This document shows, piece after piece, positions 27,810 through 40,112 of a DNA stretch of 64,000 nt. The notes beneath the pieces were generated by a model, which was not told the DNA's origin, searched no databases, and saw only the letters and a list, made by a program, of their open reading frames with translations. Numbering within the stretch: the first letter of the stretch is position 1; each line of letters starts with the position of its first letter. The stretch comes from an uncultured Alistipes sp. (lineage in GTDB: Bacteria; Bacteroidota; Bacteroidia; Bacteroidales; Rikenellaceae): positions 544 to 64,543 of the forward strand of contig CALUJN010000059.1 of the NCBI GenBank assembly GCA_944320985.1, written 5' to 3'. The translations under genes were made by a program, and so were the position numbers.

Positions 27810-29066
27810 TCAATCCTTCAGGATCTGCTCCGCCACATGGAGCGCCGAAAGTAGCGAAACACCCGCTCCGCACCCCTCCTGTACGGGATGGAATCCGGCA
27901 AGACCCGCTCCGACGGCATACAGGTTTTCGAGCACAGCCCCCTCTTTTACCACCCGCAGGCGGTTGTCGGTCCGCACGCCGAAGGCCTGGTATTCGTGCC
28001 GGTCGAAGAAGTGCAGCGTGTACCACTCCGATCGGCTCGGGCGCGATACGGTGTCGGCGCCGAAGACCGGTTCTACGATACGGTCGAAGGTGGCGACCAA
28101 CCCCTTGCTGAAGAAACTTCCCGTAGCCAGAACGAACCGTCGGGCTTCGAAGGGGATGTTGCCGTGGTTGGCCGTGAAGATCCGCGCCACACGCCCCTGT
28201 TCGATTTCGGACGAAAGGACGCTGTCACCCAGGAAATACTCGCCGCCCAGAGCCCGGAAACGGTGTTGCAGCGCCTGTTGTGCCCGGATGCCGGGGATCG
28301 ACGGCGGCAGGGTAGGCAGCAGATAGATCGGAAGCCCGACCCGTTCGCGGAGGTATTCGAGTGAATCGTTGCGGTTGATGCCGATCAGGGCCGGGAGGAT
28401 CAGCGCGTCGCATCCGGTCGCCTGTTGGCGCAGCGCTTCGGCCAGCGCCTCCAGATTGGCATCGTGATCAAAGACCCGGGCGATGTTTGCCGAACGCATT
28501 TCGCTCGGATTGCGGCGGATCTGCTCCAGATCCGGATGGTTGAAGCTTCCGAAACGGCATTCGATGTTGTATTTGCGCAACTCCTCGGCGATGAATTCCG
28601 GATAGAAATCCAGGAATCCTTCGATATTGACGATGCAGACGCTCTTGAACGGAAACTCTCCGACCTGGGGAGTAGTAAGATATCCGTCGATGCTGAGCCA
28701 CGTGGCCTTGGCCTTGCCCATGGGCGTAATGCGGAAGTGGTTGCGGCGGCAGTCGCCCGCGACGCGGATGCCGGCCTCACGCAGCAGCCCGGGAGCCTCC
28801 TGCGCATAACGGGCGCAGTTTTCGGCGCCGATTACGGCATAGGGGTGCGAGGGGCAGCATTCGGCCAGCGCGGCCATTCCCGCCACGGGGTCGGAGACCG
28901 CCTCTCCGCCAGGCAGACGTCCCAGCAGATCGAAGGATCCCGATGAAAAATGAATCGCGCTCTGTCCCTGCGAGACGATCGCACAACGCTGTCCCGCCTG
29001 CGCCAGGCGGATACCGCAGGCCATTCCGGCCAGTCCGCCACCGATAATTACCGTATCGAATCTCAT
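27810..29066 (-). CDS. glpB: Anaerobic glycerol-3-phosphate dehydrogenase subunit B
   Basis: MRFDTVIIGGGLAG; GQSAIHFSSGSFDLL; PTLPPSIPGIR; VLATGSFFSKGL; GCGAGVSL. Confidence 0.96.
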   Translation of the reverse strand: MRFDTVIIGGGLAGMACGIRLAQAGQRCAIVSQGQSAIHFSSGSFDLLGRLPGGEAVSDPVAGMAALAECCPSHPYAVIGAENCARYAQEAPGLLREAGIRVAGDCRRNHFRITPMGKAKATWLSIDGYLTTPQVGEFPFKSVCIVNIEGFLDFYPEFIAEELRKYNIECRFGSFNHPDLEQIRRNPSEMRSANIARVFDHDANLEALAEALRQQATGCDALILPALIGINRNDSLEYLRERVGLPIYLLPTLPPSIPGIRAQQALQHRFRALGGEYFLGDSVLSSEIEQGRVARIFTANHGNIPFEARRFVLATGSFFSKGLVATFDRIVEPVFGADTVSRPSRSEWYTLHFFDRHEYQAFGVRTDNRLRVVKEGAVLENLYAVGAGLAGFHPVQEGCGAGVSLLSALHVAEQILKD

Positions 29067-30682
29067 TTTGCAGCTCTGTTTTCTTCGTCCGACAATCCGC
29101 ATACACTTTCGTATACCCACGTCATGTATTCGCTTTCACGCAGCGTATCGCCCCAGGCAATGGGGGCCATTCCTTTCCATCGTTCGTTCAGGAAGGAGAC
29201 CAGATCCTCCTTGGCCTTGCGGGCGCAGACCGGGTTGCGGTGCCCCATCAGTCCGGCGGCGCGGCAGGCGCACAACTCGCCCTGACAGGTGCCCATACCG
29301 ACGCGCGTTCTGCGGCGCAGGTCGACGAGGTTGTTCACCTCGAGGTTTTCCAACGCATACTCGACCTCGCCGATCGATACCTCCTCGCATTCGCAGACCA
29401 GACTGTTCTGGATCGACGTGCGGCTGTCGATCTTCACGGCCAGATCGCCGTGCCGCGAAATCGACGAACGGCGCTGTACCACGGGTTTGCTGCGCATCTT
29501 GCGGTCGACCTCCTCGCGGCTTTCGGTCGAACCCGGAAGGGGCGTTTCAGCCGTACGGCACTTTTCGTTGTTTCCGATCTTCTTGCAAATCAAATCCGTA
29601 GCCCATTCGGCCATCAGACGGTAGGTCATCAGCTTGCCGCCCGTGATGGTGATGAATCCCTCCATTCCGTCGCGCGTGGCGTGGTCCAGCAGCACGATGC
29701 CGCGGCTCACGGTCCGCCCGCTCGGATCGTCGTCCGAAGCCACCAGCGGACGAACACCCGCATAGGCTCTCAATATGCGGGTCGTAGCCAGTTGCGGGGC
29801 GAGTTTCTGACCTTCGCGCAGCAGCAGATCCACTTCGTCGGGCGTAATGATCATGTTGTCGATCTGATCGTAGGGGACCTTGCTCGAGGTGGTTCCGATC
29901 AACGAAATCGTGTCGCCCGGCACCAGGATGTCGGCATCCGCAGGCTTGCGGCAACGGTTCAGCACCAGGTTGTTGACGCGGTGCCCGAAGATCAGCAGAG
30001 CACCTTTTGCCGGGAGCATGTTGACCGTGATGCCGGCCTTTGCGGCGATGCCGTGGCCCCAGATGCCGCCGGCATTGACCACTACCCGGGCGTAGAACTT
30101 TTCGTCGCAATGCTTGTGGTGGTCGTAGGCCCGCACGCCGATGATACGATCCTGTTCGCGGAGCAGCTCCATGACCTCGGTATAGGTGCGGATCTCGGCG
30201 CCGTGCATGCGGGCGTCGAGGATATTCGACGAGGTGAGGCGGAAGGGATCCACCACTCCGTCCGGAACGCGCACGGCACCGACCAGCGCCGGGTTTGCCG
30301 ACGGTTCAAGCCGCAGGGCCTCCTTGGGGTCGATGACGTCGGCACGGATTCCGGCCCGGCGGCATGCCTCCACGAAAACGGACTGATATTCCAACCCGTC
30401 TTCGGGGAGTGAAATAAACAGTCCGTCAGTCTCTTCGACGCAGTGTGCGGCAATTTTTTTTTTTTTTTTGTTTTCGCGGATGCACTCCACGGCGGATTCA
30501 TGATCCGTCACGGCATATCGGGCTCCGCTGTGGAGCAGGCCGTGGTTGCGTCCGGTTGCTCCGGTCGAGATGTCGGAGCGCTCCAGGAGCAGGGCCTTGA
30601 TTCCGCGCAACGAGCAGTCCCGGGCGATACCGGCTCCGGTGGCTCCGCCTCCGATGATGATGACATCGTACGTATTGTTCAT
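29063..30682 (-). CDS. glpA: Anaerobic glycerol-3-phosphate dehydrogenase subunit A
   Basis: IIGGGATGAG, GATGRNHGLLHSGARY, GGKLMTYRLMAE, CECE...RVGMGTCQGELC; carries an in-frame A16 run. Confidence 0.97.
   Translation of the reverse strand: MNNTYDVIIIGGGATGAGIARDCSLRGIKALLLERSDISTGATGRNHGLLHSGARYAVTDHESAVECIRENKKKKKIAAHCVEETDGLFISLPEDGLEYQSVFVEACRRAGIRADVIDPKEALRLEPSANPALVGAVRVPDGVVDPFRLTSSNILDARMHGAEIRTYTEVMELLREQDRIIGVRAYDHHKHCDEKFYARVVVNAGGIWGHGIAAKAGITVNMLPAKGALLIFGHRVNNLVLNRCRKPADADILVPGDTISLIGTTSSKVPYDQIDNMIITPDEVDLLLREGQKLAPQLATTRILRAYAGVRPLVASDDDPSGRTVSRGIVLLDHATRDGMEGFITITGGKLMTYRLMAEWATDLICKKIGNNEKCRTAETPLPGSTESREEVDRKMRSKPVVQRRSSISRHGDLAVKIDSRTSIQNSLVCECEEVSIGEVEYALENLEVNNLVDLRRRTRVGMGTCQGELCACRAAGLMGHRNPVCARKAKEDLVSFLNERWKGMAPIAWGDTLRESEYMTWVYESVCGLSDEENRAAK
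30454..30469. repeat. T16/A16 homopolymer inside glpA
   Basis: 16 consecutive T on the + strand, read as ENKKKKKI on the - strand. Confidence 0.95.
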
Positions 30683-30707
30683 AATAGGTCGAAGGATTAA
30701 GTCACCA

Positions 30708-30739
30708 CAAATATAAATACTTTTTTTCCGCAAAACAAA
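30708..30739 (-). promoter_or_regulatory. Sigma-A promoter of the glp operon
   Basis: TTTG (30739-30736), 20 nt spacer, TATATTTG (30715-30708) on the - strand, 25 nt before the glpA ATG. Confidence 0.7.
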
Positions 30740-31140
30740 ATAAAACGAAATTATTTTATTTCATTTTATTTCGAAAATTCCTTAAAAATAGCCGTTGACC
30801 CCCGATTTGTTCCAAAATCAAAACAAATCAAAGGAAGATAACTTGTGAATCGAAACATTTGTATGAAAACCCGACATCCGCCGGCAGCCCTTCCTCTCTC
30901 CGTAAGACGTTTCGAAGAAGATTTGTCGACCCGGAGATGCAATCTGTCCGCCGAAACATATCCTTTTTTTACCAAAAATGATTATATTCGCACCCAAATT
31001 CTCCCTCTCCATTTATAATGTGTCCGGACTCTGCCCCATACGGGATAACCGGGTTGCGGCGTGAAATTCCGCATTTGGAGAGCAGAGAAGAAAAATTGAC
31101 AAATCAATCGAAAGGAAATCTTCGTTATATTCGAAACTGA

Positions 31141-32676
<1,536 letters not shown>

Positions 32677-32699
32677 ATCATCCGTAAGAGAGAAGTCCT

Positions 32700-32972
32700 A
32701 TGACCCTGACCATTGTAGCACCAACCGGCACGCTGTGCGACACGACGACCGACCGGGTATCGTTTCCGGGGACCGTCGGGCGCTTCACCGTGCTGAAGGA
32801 CCATGCCCCGCTGATTGCCGGACTTGCCTCCGGGGAGATCGTCTACAACACCGAGGCGGGGGAGGCGCGTCTGCGGATCAGGAACGGCTGCGTGCGTGTC
32901 TTCGAAAACCGGATCGAAGCTTGTGTGGAGCCCTCGGAAGCGGCGCCCGAAAAAGGGGAGGAACGAGCATGA
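32700..32972 (+). CDS. atpC: ATP synthase epsilon subunit (beta-sandwich only)
   Basis: LTIVAP...VSFPGTVGRFTVLKDHAPLI; directly after atpD. Confidence 0.9.
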   Translation: MTLTIVAPTGTLCDTTTDRVSFPGTVGRFTVLKDHAPLIAGLASGEIVYNTEAGEARLRIRNGCVRVFENRIEACVEPSEAAPEKGEERA

Positions 32973-34060
32973 TGAAAGGATTCATAAAAATCGCCTGGCT
33001 GTTTGCGCTGTTGATTCCTGCGGTCACGTTGCACGCCGAGGAGTCGACGGAGGCGGAACCGGACATCAAACAGATCGTCCTGGGACACCTCGGAGACAGC
33101 TACGAATGGCACATCGCCACGACCGGCCACGGAGAGTGGAGCATTCCGCTCCCGGTCATTGTCCACAGTCCTGCGAGCGGCTGGCACCTCTTCTCGTCGG
33201 CCCGGCTGCGCGAAGGGTCCGAGTATGAGGGCCTTCGCATTGCGGCGGAGGGCGAATATGCCGGCAAGATCGTCGAGCGCCAGGAGGACGGCACGGATCT
33301 GCGGCCGCTGGACCTTTCGCTGACCAAGACGGCGGCAGCCCTGCTGCTCAACAGCGCGGTGGTGCTCTGCCTGGTGCTTGTCGCGGCACGCTGGTACCGC
33401 CGTCACAAGGCTACGGACCGGGCCCCGAAAGGATTTGTCGGACTCTTCGAGATGCTCGTTTCGGGGATCCTCGACAGTGTGATCAAGCCCTGCGTGGGTC
33501 CGAACTATCGGAAATTCGCCCCGTACCTGCTCACGGCCTTTTTCTTCATCTTCGTGAACAACCTCATGGGGCTGATTCCCTTCTTCCCGGGGGGTGCGAA
33601 CGTGACGGGAAATATCGCCGTGACCTTTCTGCTGGCCCTGGCGACATTCCTCGCCGTGAACCTCTTCGGCACGAAACACTACTGGAAGGATATCCTCTGG
33701 CCCGACGTTCCGGTCTGGCTCAAGGCCTTTCCGCTCATGCCGCTGATCGAGTTCGTGGGGATCTTCACCAAGCCCTTCGCGCTGATGATCCGACTCTTCG
33801 CCAACATGATGGCGGGACATGCCGTCATTCTGAGCCTCACGTGCGTGATCTTCGCCACGGCAGGCATGGGAGCCGCGATCAACGGTTCGATGGGAGCCGT
33901 GTCGGTTCTCTTCTCGATCTTCATGTACTGTCTTGAGCTGCTGGTGGCCTTCCTGCAGGCGTATGTCTTCACGATGCTCTCGGCGGTCTTCATCGGACTG
34001 GCCCAGGAGAACCCGGAGAAACACGCCCCCGAACAGGCCGGCAATACCGCCAATAAATAA
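32969..34060 (+). CDS. atpB: ATP synthase Fo subunit a
   Basis: HLGDSYEWH, NLMGLIP, NVTGNI, KPFALMIRLFANMMAGH, ELLVAFLQAYVFTMLS. Confidence 0.96.
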   Translation: MMKGFIKIAWLFALLIPAVTLHAEESTEAEPDIKQIVLGHLGDSYEWHIATTGHGEWSIPLPVIVHSPASGWHLFSSARLREGSEYEGLRIAAEGEYAGKIVERQEDGTDLRPLDLSLTKTAAALLLNSAVVLCLVLVAARWYRRHKATDRAPKGFVGLFEMLVSGILDSVIKPCVGPNYRKFAPYLLTAFFFIFVNNLMGLIPFFPGGANVTGNIAVTFLLALATFLAVNLFGTKHYWKDILWPDVPVWLKAFPLMPLIEFVGIFTKPFALMIRLFANMMAGHAVILSLTCVIFATAGMGAAINGSMGAVSVLFSIFMYCLELLVAFLQAYVFTMLSAVFIGLAQENPEKHAPEQAGNTANK

Positions 34061-34318
<258 letters not shown>

Positions 34319-34338
34319 TTTCAAAATCGTAAGGTGCC

Positions 34339-34857
34339 ATGGGACTTCTGCAACCCGAATCGGGACTGCTGTTCTGGATGACGCTCGCCTTCGGGGTGGT
34401 GTTCATCGTGCTGGCGCGCTACGGGTTCCCGGTCATCGTGAAGGCCATCGAGTCCCGCAAGGAGTATATCGACACGTCGCTCGATGCGGCCCGGGAGGCC
34501 GAGCGGAAGTGTGCCACGCTCGAAGCCCGCAGCCGGGAGATCATCGAGCAGGCGGAGGTGCGTCGTGAGGAGATCCTGCGGGAAACCGAGGCCGAGCGGA
34601 AGCAGCTTTTGGCCGAGGCGCACCAGAAGGCCGAAAGCGAAGGCGCCCGTCTTCTCGAAAAGGCCCGTCAACAGGCCGCGAATGAGCGGCAGGCGATTCT
34701 CGACGATGCGAAGCGCGAAATCGCGGCCCTTGCCGTTTCCATCACGGAGCGGATGTTGCGCGAGGAGCTTCAGGACCGGCAGGCCCAGCATGATCTGGCG
34801 AGCCGCCTGATGGATGAACTGGACTCGAAAAACCGCAAGTCATGGACCTCGGATTGA
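34339..34857 (+). CDS. atpF: ATP synthase Fo subunit b
   Basis: PESGLLFWM TM anchor followed by a long coiled coil. Confidence 0.93.
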   Translation: MGLLQPESGLLFWMTLAFGVVFIVLARYGFPVIVKAIESRKEYIDTSLDAAREAERKCATLEARSREIIEQAEVRREEILRETEAERKQLLAEAHQKAESEGARLLEKARQQAANERQAILDDAKREIAALAVSITERMLREELQDRQAQHDLASRLMDELDSKNRKSWTSD

Positions 34858-35399
34858 TCGCGCGACGTTATGCCCGGGCTCTGGCCGACTATGCCGAATC
34901 GCAGGATGAGATGACCCGTGTGGCCGAAGAGTCGGTGAGTTTCACCGCGGCCTGGGAGCACATCCGGGAGCTGCGCGAGGCCTTTACGTCGCCGGTTCTG
35001 GCCGCCGATGCAAAGGTCGCGGTCGTCCGGCAGGCGCTGGGCGGACAGCTCTCGGGATCGTTCGAAGCGTTCCTGCGGCTGGTCATCCGCCACCGACGCG
35101 AGAAGTGGCTCTGCTTCATGCTGCCGGCCTTTGTCGGGATCTACAAGGAGCGCTACGGCATCATCGATGTGACGCTCACTACGGCGGCAGCGGTCGATGA
35201 GTCGTTCATCGACCGGTTGTCGAAATCCGTCGGACTGCGGACCGGAAGCCGGGAGGTGCACATCCACCGGAAGATTGATCCGTCGCTCATCGGCGGTTTC
35301 CGCTTCCGTATCGACGATCGGCTGCTCGACGCCAGCCTGGCCACACAGTTGCGCCGCGTCGAAGAGAAACTGGGGCGACAGCCCGAAAGAAAACTATGA
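34842..35399 (+). CDS. atpH: ATP synthase delta subunit
   Basis: IARRYARAL; IDPSLIGGF...[10 protein letters not shown]. Confidence 0.94.
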   Translation: MDLGLIARRYARALADYAESQDEMTRVAEESVSFTAAWEHIRELREAFTSPVLAADAKVAVVRQALGGQLSGSFEAFLRLVIRHRREKWLCFMLPAFVGIYKERYGIIDVTLTTAAAVDESFIDRLSKSVGLRTGSREVHIHRKIDPSLIGGFRFRIDDRLLDASLATQLRRVEEKLGRQPERKL

Positions 35400-36985
35400 A
35401 CATGAATAACAAGGAGAGAATAAAACCATCGGAGATTTCGGAAGTTCTCTTTTCCGAACTGCAGGGCGTGGATCTTTCGGCGGAATATGCCGAGGTGGGT
35501 ACCGTTTTGCAGGTCAGCGACGGCGTGGTGCGCATCTACGGACTGCAGAACGCCGAGGCCAACGAGCTGCTGGAGTTCGAGAACGGGATGCGGGCCGTGG
35601 TGATGAACCTCGAAGAGGATAATGTGGGCGCCGTGCTGCTGGGCTCCACCGACCGCGTCGAGGAGGGCGATCTGGTACGCCGTACGGGGCGTACGGCGTC
35701 GATCCACGTGGGGATGGGGATGCTCGGCCGCGTGATTGACCCGCTGGGACAGCCGATCGACGGTCTGGGCGACATTCCCGGCGAACGCCTCGAACTGCCG
35801 CTCGAACGCAAGGCCCCGGGCGTGATCTTCCGCCAACCCGTCACGGAACCGCTTCAGACCGGCATCAAGGCCATCGACGCGATGATACCGATCGGCCGGG
35901 GCCAGCGGGAGCTGATCATCGGCGACCGTCAGACCGGAAAGACGGCCATTGCCGTCGATACGATCCTGAACCAGCGTTCGAACTTCGAGGCCGGCGATCC
36001 GGTCTACTGCATCTACGTGGCCGTCGGTCAGAAGGCCTCGACGGTGGCCGCGCTCGTCGAGACGCTGCGGAGCCACGGTGCGCTGGAGTACACGATTGTC
36101 GTGGCCGCCACGGCCGCGGATCCTGCCGCCATGCAGTATTTCGCACCCTTCGCGGGGGCTGCCATCGGTGAATTCTTCCGCGATACGGGACACCATGCGC
36201 TGGTTGTCTATGACGACCTCTCGAAACAGGCCGTGGCCTACCGCGAGGTGTCGCTCGTGCTGCGGCGTCCGTCGGGGCGTGAAGCCTACCCGGGTGACAT
36301 CTTCTACCTGCACTCGCGGCTGCTGGAGCGTGCCGCCAAGATCATCGGGCAGCAGGAGGTGGCCGAACAGATGAACGACCTCCCGGAGTCGCTGCGCGGC
36401 AAGGTGCGCGGCGGAGGCTCGCTGACGGCTCTGCCGATCATCGAGACCCAGGCGGGCGACGTCTCGGCCTACATTCCGACGAACGTCATCTCGATCACCG
36501 ACGGCCAGATCTTCCTCGATACGGACCTCTTCAATCAGGGCAACCGCCCGGCCATCGATGTGGGTATCTCCGTGTCGCGTGTCGGCGGAAGCGCCCAGAT
36601 CAAGGCGATGAAGAAGGTGGCCGGAACGTTGAAGATCGACCAGGCGCAATACCGCGAACTGGAGTCCTTCTCGCGTTTTTCGAGCGACCTGGATCCCGTG
36701 ACGGCCGCGACGCTCGACCGTGGACGCAAGAACACGCGTCTGCTCGTACAGCCGCAGTACAGTCCGCTTTCGGTCGAGGAGCAGATTGCCATTCTCTATT
36801 GCGGTACGCACGGACTGCTGCGCGAGGTTCCGATCGAACGGGTCGCCGAATTCGAACACCGGCTGCTTGAACGGTTGCGTACGACCGACATTCCCGAGGC
36901 GCTGCGCAGGGGACAGATCGACGAGGCGCTCGGTGCGCGGATCGAAACGCTGGCTGCAAGCGTCACGACGGCATTAAAGGCATAG
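35396..36985 (+). CDS. atpA: ATP synthase alpha subunit
   Basis: [48 protein letters not shown]. Confidence 0.98.
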   Translation: MNMNNKERIKPSEISEVLFSELQGVDLSAEYAEVGTVLQVSDGVVRIYGLQNAEANELLEFENGMRAVVMNLEEDNVGAVLLGSTDRVEEGDLVRRTGRTASIHVGMGMLGRVIDPLGQPIDGLGDIPGERLELPLERKAPGVIFRQPVTEPLQTGIKAIDAMIPIGRGQRELIIGDRQTGKTAIAVDTILNQRSNFEAGDPVYCIYVAVGQKASTVAALVETLRSHGALEYTIVVAATAADPAAMQYFAPFAGAAIGEFFRDTGHHALVVYDDLSKQAVAYREVSLVLRRPSGREAYPGDIFYLHSRLLERAAKIIGQQEVAEQMNDLPESLRGKVRGGGSLTALPIIETQAGDVSAYIPTNVISITDGQIFLDTDLFNQGNRPAIDVGISVSRVGGSAQIKAMKKVAGTLKIDQAQYRELESFSRFSSDLDPVTAATLDRGRKNTRLLVQPQYSPLSVEEQIAILYCGTHGLLREVPIERVAEFEHRLLERLRTTDIPEALRRGQIDEALGARIETLAASVTTALKA

Positions 36986-36989
36986 CACC

Positions 36990-37856
36990 ATGGCTGCGCT
37001 CAAAGAGATCAAGGTCCGGATCGCCTCGGTGGGCAGCACGCTGAAGATCACTTCGGCGATGAAGATGGTCGCTTCTGCCAAGTTGCACCGTGTGCAGGCC
37101 GAATCCGAGGCCCTTGCCGCATACGAATGGCAGCTGGCCTCGATCACCGGATCGCTGTTCCGCTTTGCCGGCGAACAGGAGCTTCCGATCCCGCTGACCC
37201 AACCTCACGGTGCGCTTCGCCGGGCTGTTGTGGTGGCCGTGGCCTCCGACGGATCGCTTTGCGGCGGTTTCAATGCCGAGGCGATCCGACAGTTGGAGCA
37301 TACGATCGAGGCGTTGCGCGGGGAGGGCTTCGAGCAGATCGAGGTCTGGCCCGTGGGGGAGAAGATGGCCGCCTATCTTCGCAAAAGCGGCTATCGGTCC
37401 GACGAGTCGTTCCGTACGCTTGCGGGACATCCCAGCTACGCGGGAGCTGTCGGGATGGCCGACCGGCTGATGAACTCCTACGTTGCGGAGGAGGTCGATC
37501 GGGTCGTGCTGGTTCACAACCACCACCTGTCGATGAGCCGCCAGCTTCCGGTCAGTGAGACGCTGCTGCCTCTGGAGCCCCGGCGGGACGGGGAGGAGAC
37601 GCTCCCCGATGCAAACTACCTGTGCGAACCTTCGCCCCGGGAGCTGCTCGGCGAATTGCTGCCGCTCGAGATTCGGACCCGGATCTACGGGATGCTGCTC
37701 GACAGCGCCACGGCCGAACATGCGGCGCGGACGGTGGCGATGCAGACAGCCTCGGACAATGCCCGGGATCTGCTCGACGAGCTGCGTCTGTTCTACAACA
37801 AACAACGTCAGCAGGCCATCACCAACGAGCTGGCCGACATTGCCCAGAGCGATTGA
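36990..37856 (+). CDS. atpG: ATP synthase gamma subunit
   Basis: KITSAMKMVASAKL, LCGGFN, EHAARTVAMQTASDNA, RQQAITNEL. Confidence 0.97.
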   Translation: MAALKEIKVRIASVGSTLKITSAMKMVASAKLHRVQAESEALAAYEWQLASITGSLFRFAGEQELPIPLTQPHGALRRAVVVAVASDGSLCGGFNAEAIRQLEHTIEALRGEGFEQIEVWPVGEKMAAYLRKSGYRSDESFRTLAGHPSYAGAVGMADRLMNSYVAEEVDRVVLVHNHHLSMSRQLPVSETLLPLEPRRDGEETLPDANYLCEPSPRELLGELLPLEIRTRIYGMLLDSATAEHAARTVAMQTASDNARDLLDELRLFYNKQRQQAITNELADIAQSD

Positions 37857-37907
37857 CGCTCATCGGACGAAGCAGCCCCGACGGGCACGATGTCCCATAG
37901 TATCGAA

Positions 37908-37936
37908 AAAACCCTTCCGGAATCCGGAAGGGTTTT
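37908..37936 (+). terminator. Intrinsic terminator after the atp operon
   Basis: Perfect stem AAAACCCTTCCGG-AAT-CCGGAAGGGTTTT. Confidence 0.75.
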
Positions 37937-38110
37937 CCACACACAAACATTAACAATACAAACAAATGAATGGCTGAAAATATCGACCGCATTTGTTTTG
38001 CAGCAAAGGTCGGGGAAAAATCATCGCCGGACAATCCCCGATTTTAGGTATTTTCATCGTCTGATCGGACGGTTCGCCTTGTGAAACAGCCTCGGAAAGA
38101 GACTTTTTAT

Positions 38111-38140
38111 TTTGTAATTCAAAATAATGCATTATATTTG
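38111..38140 (+). promoter_or_regulatory. Sigma-A promoter of rho
   Basis: TTTG (38111-38114), 18 nt spacer, TATATTTG (38133-38140) followed by CA. Confidence 0.65.
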
Positions 38141-38211
38141 CAGGTGAATTCCAACGAACCGGACGGCCGTTCGGTTTTTGAAAAATCTCATTCAACGGAA
38201 AACATATATTT

Positions 38212-40023
38212 ATGCAGGATCTGAAAGCGCTCAAAGGCAAAACGCTGGCCGAATTGCGCGAAATAGCGAAAGCGCTCGGCATTGGGAATGTGATGGTGAA
38301 GAAGCGCGAATTGATAGAGAAGATAGCGGGTTCCGCTGTGGAAACGGCTCCGGAGGGGGATGCCGTCACCGCATCGGCATCGACCCCGACTCCGGCTCCG
38401 GCCTCTCCGGAAGAGAACGTGGCACCGAAGGCCAAACGGGGCCGTCGGCCGCGCCTTGCCAAGGCGGAAATAGCCACCGAGAGCGTGCCGTCCGAGCCGG
38501 CGGCCGACCCAACACCCGAAGAGACGCCCTCCGCGGCAATGAGTCCGGCTCCGACCGTGTCACAGCCCGTCGAGACGAGAACCGCTTCGAAAGGCCCCCG
38601 TCATCCGAAATCCCCGAAACGCAATCGCCCGGACCGCCACGCCGAGGCTCCGACGGAGAACGAAGGACCGACAGATCCGCAACCCGATATGCCGGTCAAG
38701 GAGGCGGCATCTGCGGAGGTGACACCCGAGAGTCCTGCAACCGCAGCACCGGCCGCAGAGAACGTCGCACCCGAGCCCAAGCGCCGGGGGCGCAAACCCA
38801 AGAATCAGCCGCAGCCTCAGAAACCGATCCCGGAGGAGTCCCAGGCTCCGGCCGCCGAAACGCATGCGCATTCGCTGGATGACGAAATCATCACCAAGGA
38901 TGACTTTGCCGGGGAGATCGAGGGCGAAGGGGTCCTGGAGGTCATGCCCGACGGCTACGGGTTCCTGCGTTCGGCGGACTACAACTACCTCAATTCCCCG
39001 GATGACATCTACGTCTCGCCCTCGCAGATCAAGCTCTTCGGACTGAAGCCCGGCGATACGGTCAACGGGGCAATCCGTCCTCCGAAGGAGGGAGAGAAGT
39101 ATTTTCCGCTGGTCCGCGTGAACGAGATCAACGGTCTCAAACCCGAATACATCCGCGACCGCGTACAGTTCGAATACATGACCCCGTTGTTCCCGAGCGA
39201 GAAGTTCTGCCTGACGGGCAACGGTCACAACAACATGTCGACACGTATCGTCGACCTCTTCTCGCCGATCGGCAAGGGACAGCGTGCGCTGATCGTCGCA
39301 CAGCCCAAGACGGGTAAGACGATGTTGCTGCAGTCGATCGCCAACGCCATTGCGGACAACCACCCGGAGGTCTACATGATCGTGCTGCTGATCGACGAGC
39401 GTCCGGAGGAGGTGACGGAGATGGCCCGCAACGTAAAGGCCGAGGTCGTTGCTTCGACCTTCGACGAGCAGGCTTCGCGCCACGTGAAGGTTGCCGAAAT
39501 GGTTCTCGAGAAGGCCAAGCGCATGGTCGAGTGCGGTCACGACGTGGTGATCTTCCTCGATTCGATCACGCGTCTGGCACGAGCCTACAACTCCGTACAG
39601 CCGGCCTCGGGCAAGGTCCTCTCGGGAGGTGTCGACGCCAATGCCCTGCACAAGCCCAAACGCTTCTTCGGTGCCGCGCGCAATACGGAGGAGAAGGGTT
39701 CGCTGACGATCATCGCCACGGCGCTGATCGATACCGGCTCGAAGATGGACGAGGTGATCTTCGAGGAGGTCAAGGGTACGGGCAACATGGAGGTGCAGTT
39801 GGATCGCAAACTGGCCAACAAGCGTGTCTACCCGGCTGTCGACGTGATTGCTTCGGGAACGCGCCGCGAAGACCTGCTGCTGCCGCGTGATGTGATGAAC
39901 CGCACCTGGGTGCTGCGCAAATACCTTTCGGACATGACGCCTGTCGAGGCCATGGAGTTCCTCCAGAAGCAGATGGGCCTGACCGACACCAACGAGGAGT
40001 TCCTCGCCACGATGAACCATTAG
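38212..40023 (+). CDS. rho: Transcription termination factor Rho with long N-terminal disordered insert
   Basis: N-terminal helical domain, about 180 aa Pro/Ala/Glu-rich insert, [39 protein letters not shown]. Confidence 0.98.
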   Translation: MQDLKALKGKTLAELREIAKALGIGNVMVKKRELIEKIAGSAVETAPEGDAVTASASTPTPAPASPEENVAPKAKRGRRPRLAKAEIATESVPSEPAADPTPEETPSAAMSPAPTVSQPVETRTASKGPRHPKSPKRNRPDRHAEAPTENEGPTDPQPDMPVKEAASAEVTPESPATAAPAAENVAPEPKRRGRKPKNQPQPQKPIPEESQAPAAETHAHSLDDEIITKDDFAGEIEGEGVLEVMPDGYGFLRSADYNYLNSPDDIYVSPSQIKLFGLKPGDTVNGAIRPPKEGEKYFPLVRVNEINGLKPEYIRDRVQFEYMTPLFPSEKFCLTGNGHNNMSTRIVDLFSPIGKGQRALIVAQPKTGKTMLLQSIANAIADNHPEVYMIVLLIDERPEEVTEMARNVKAEVVASTFDEQASRHVKVAEMVLEKAKRMVECGHDVVIFLDSITRLARAYNSVQPASGKVLSGGVDANALHKPKRFFGAARNTEEKGSLTIIATALIDTGSKMDEVIFEEVKGTGNMEVQLDRKLANKRVYPAVDVIASGTRREDLLLPRDVMNRTWVLRKYLSDMTPVEAMEFLQKQMGLTDTNEEFLATMNH

Positions 40024-40112
40024 GAGCCCGCAGAGCGGGGGGCTGAAAAAAGGAGCGGGGCGGAAGGAAGCGCAAATCGGAGAGGTACGGGAATAGAGGA
40101 AAAATCATAACG

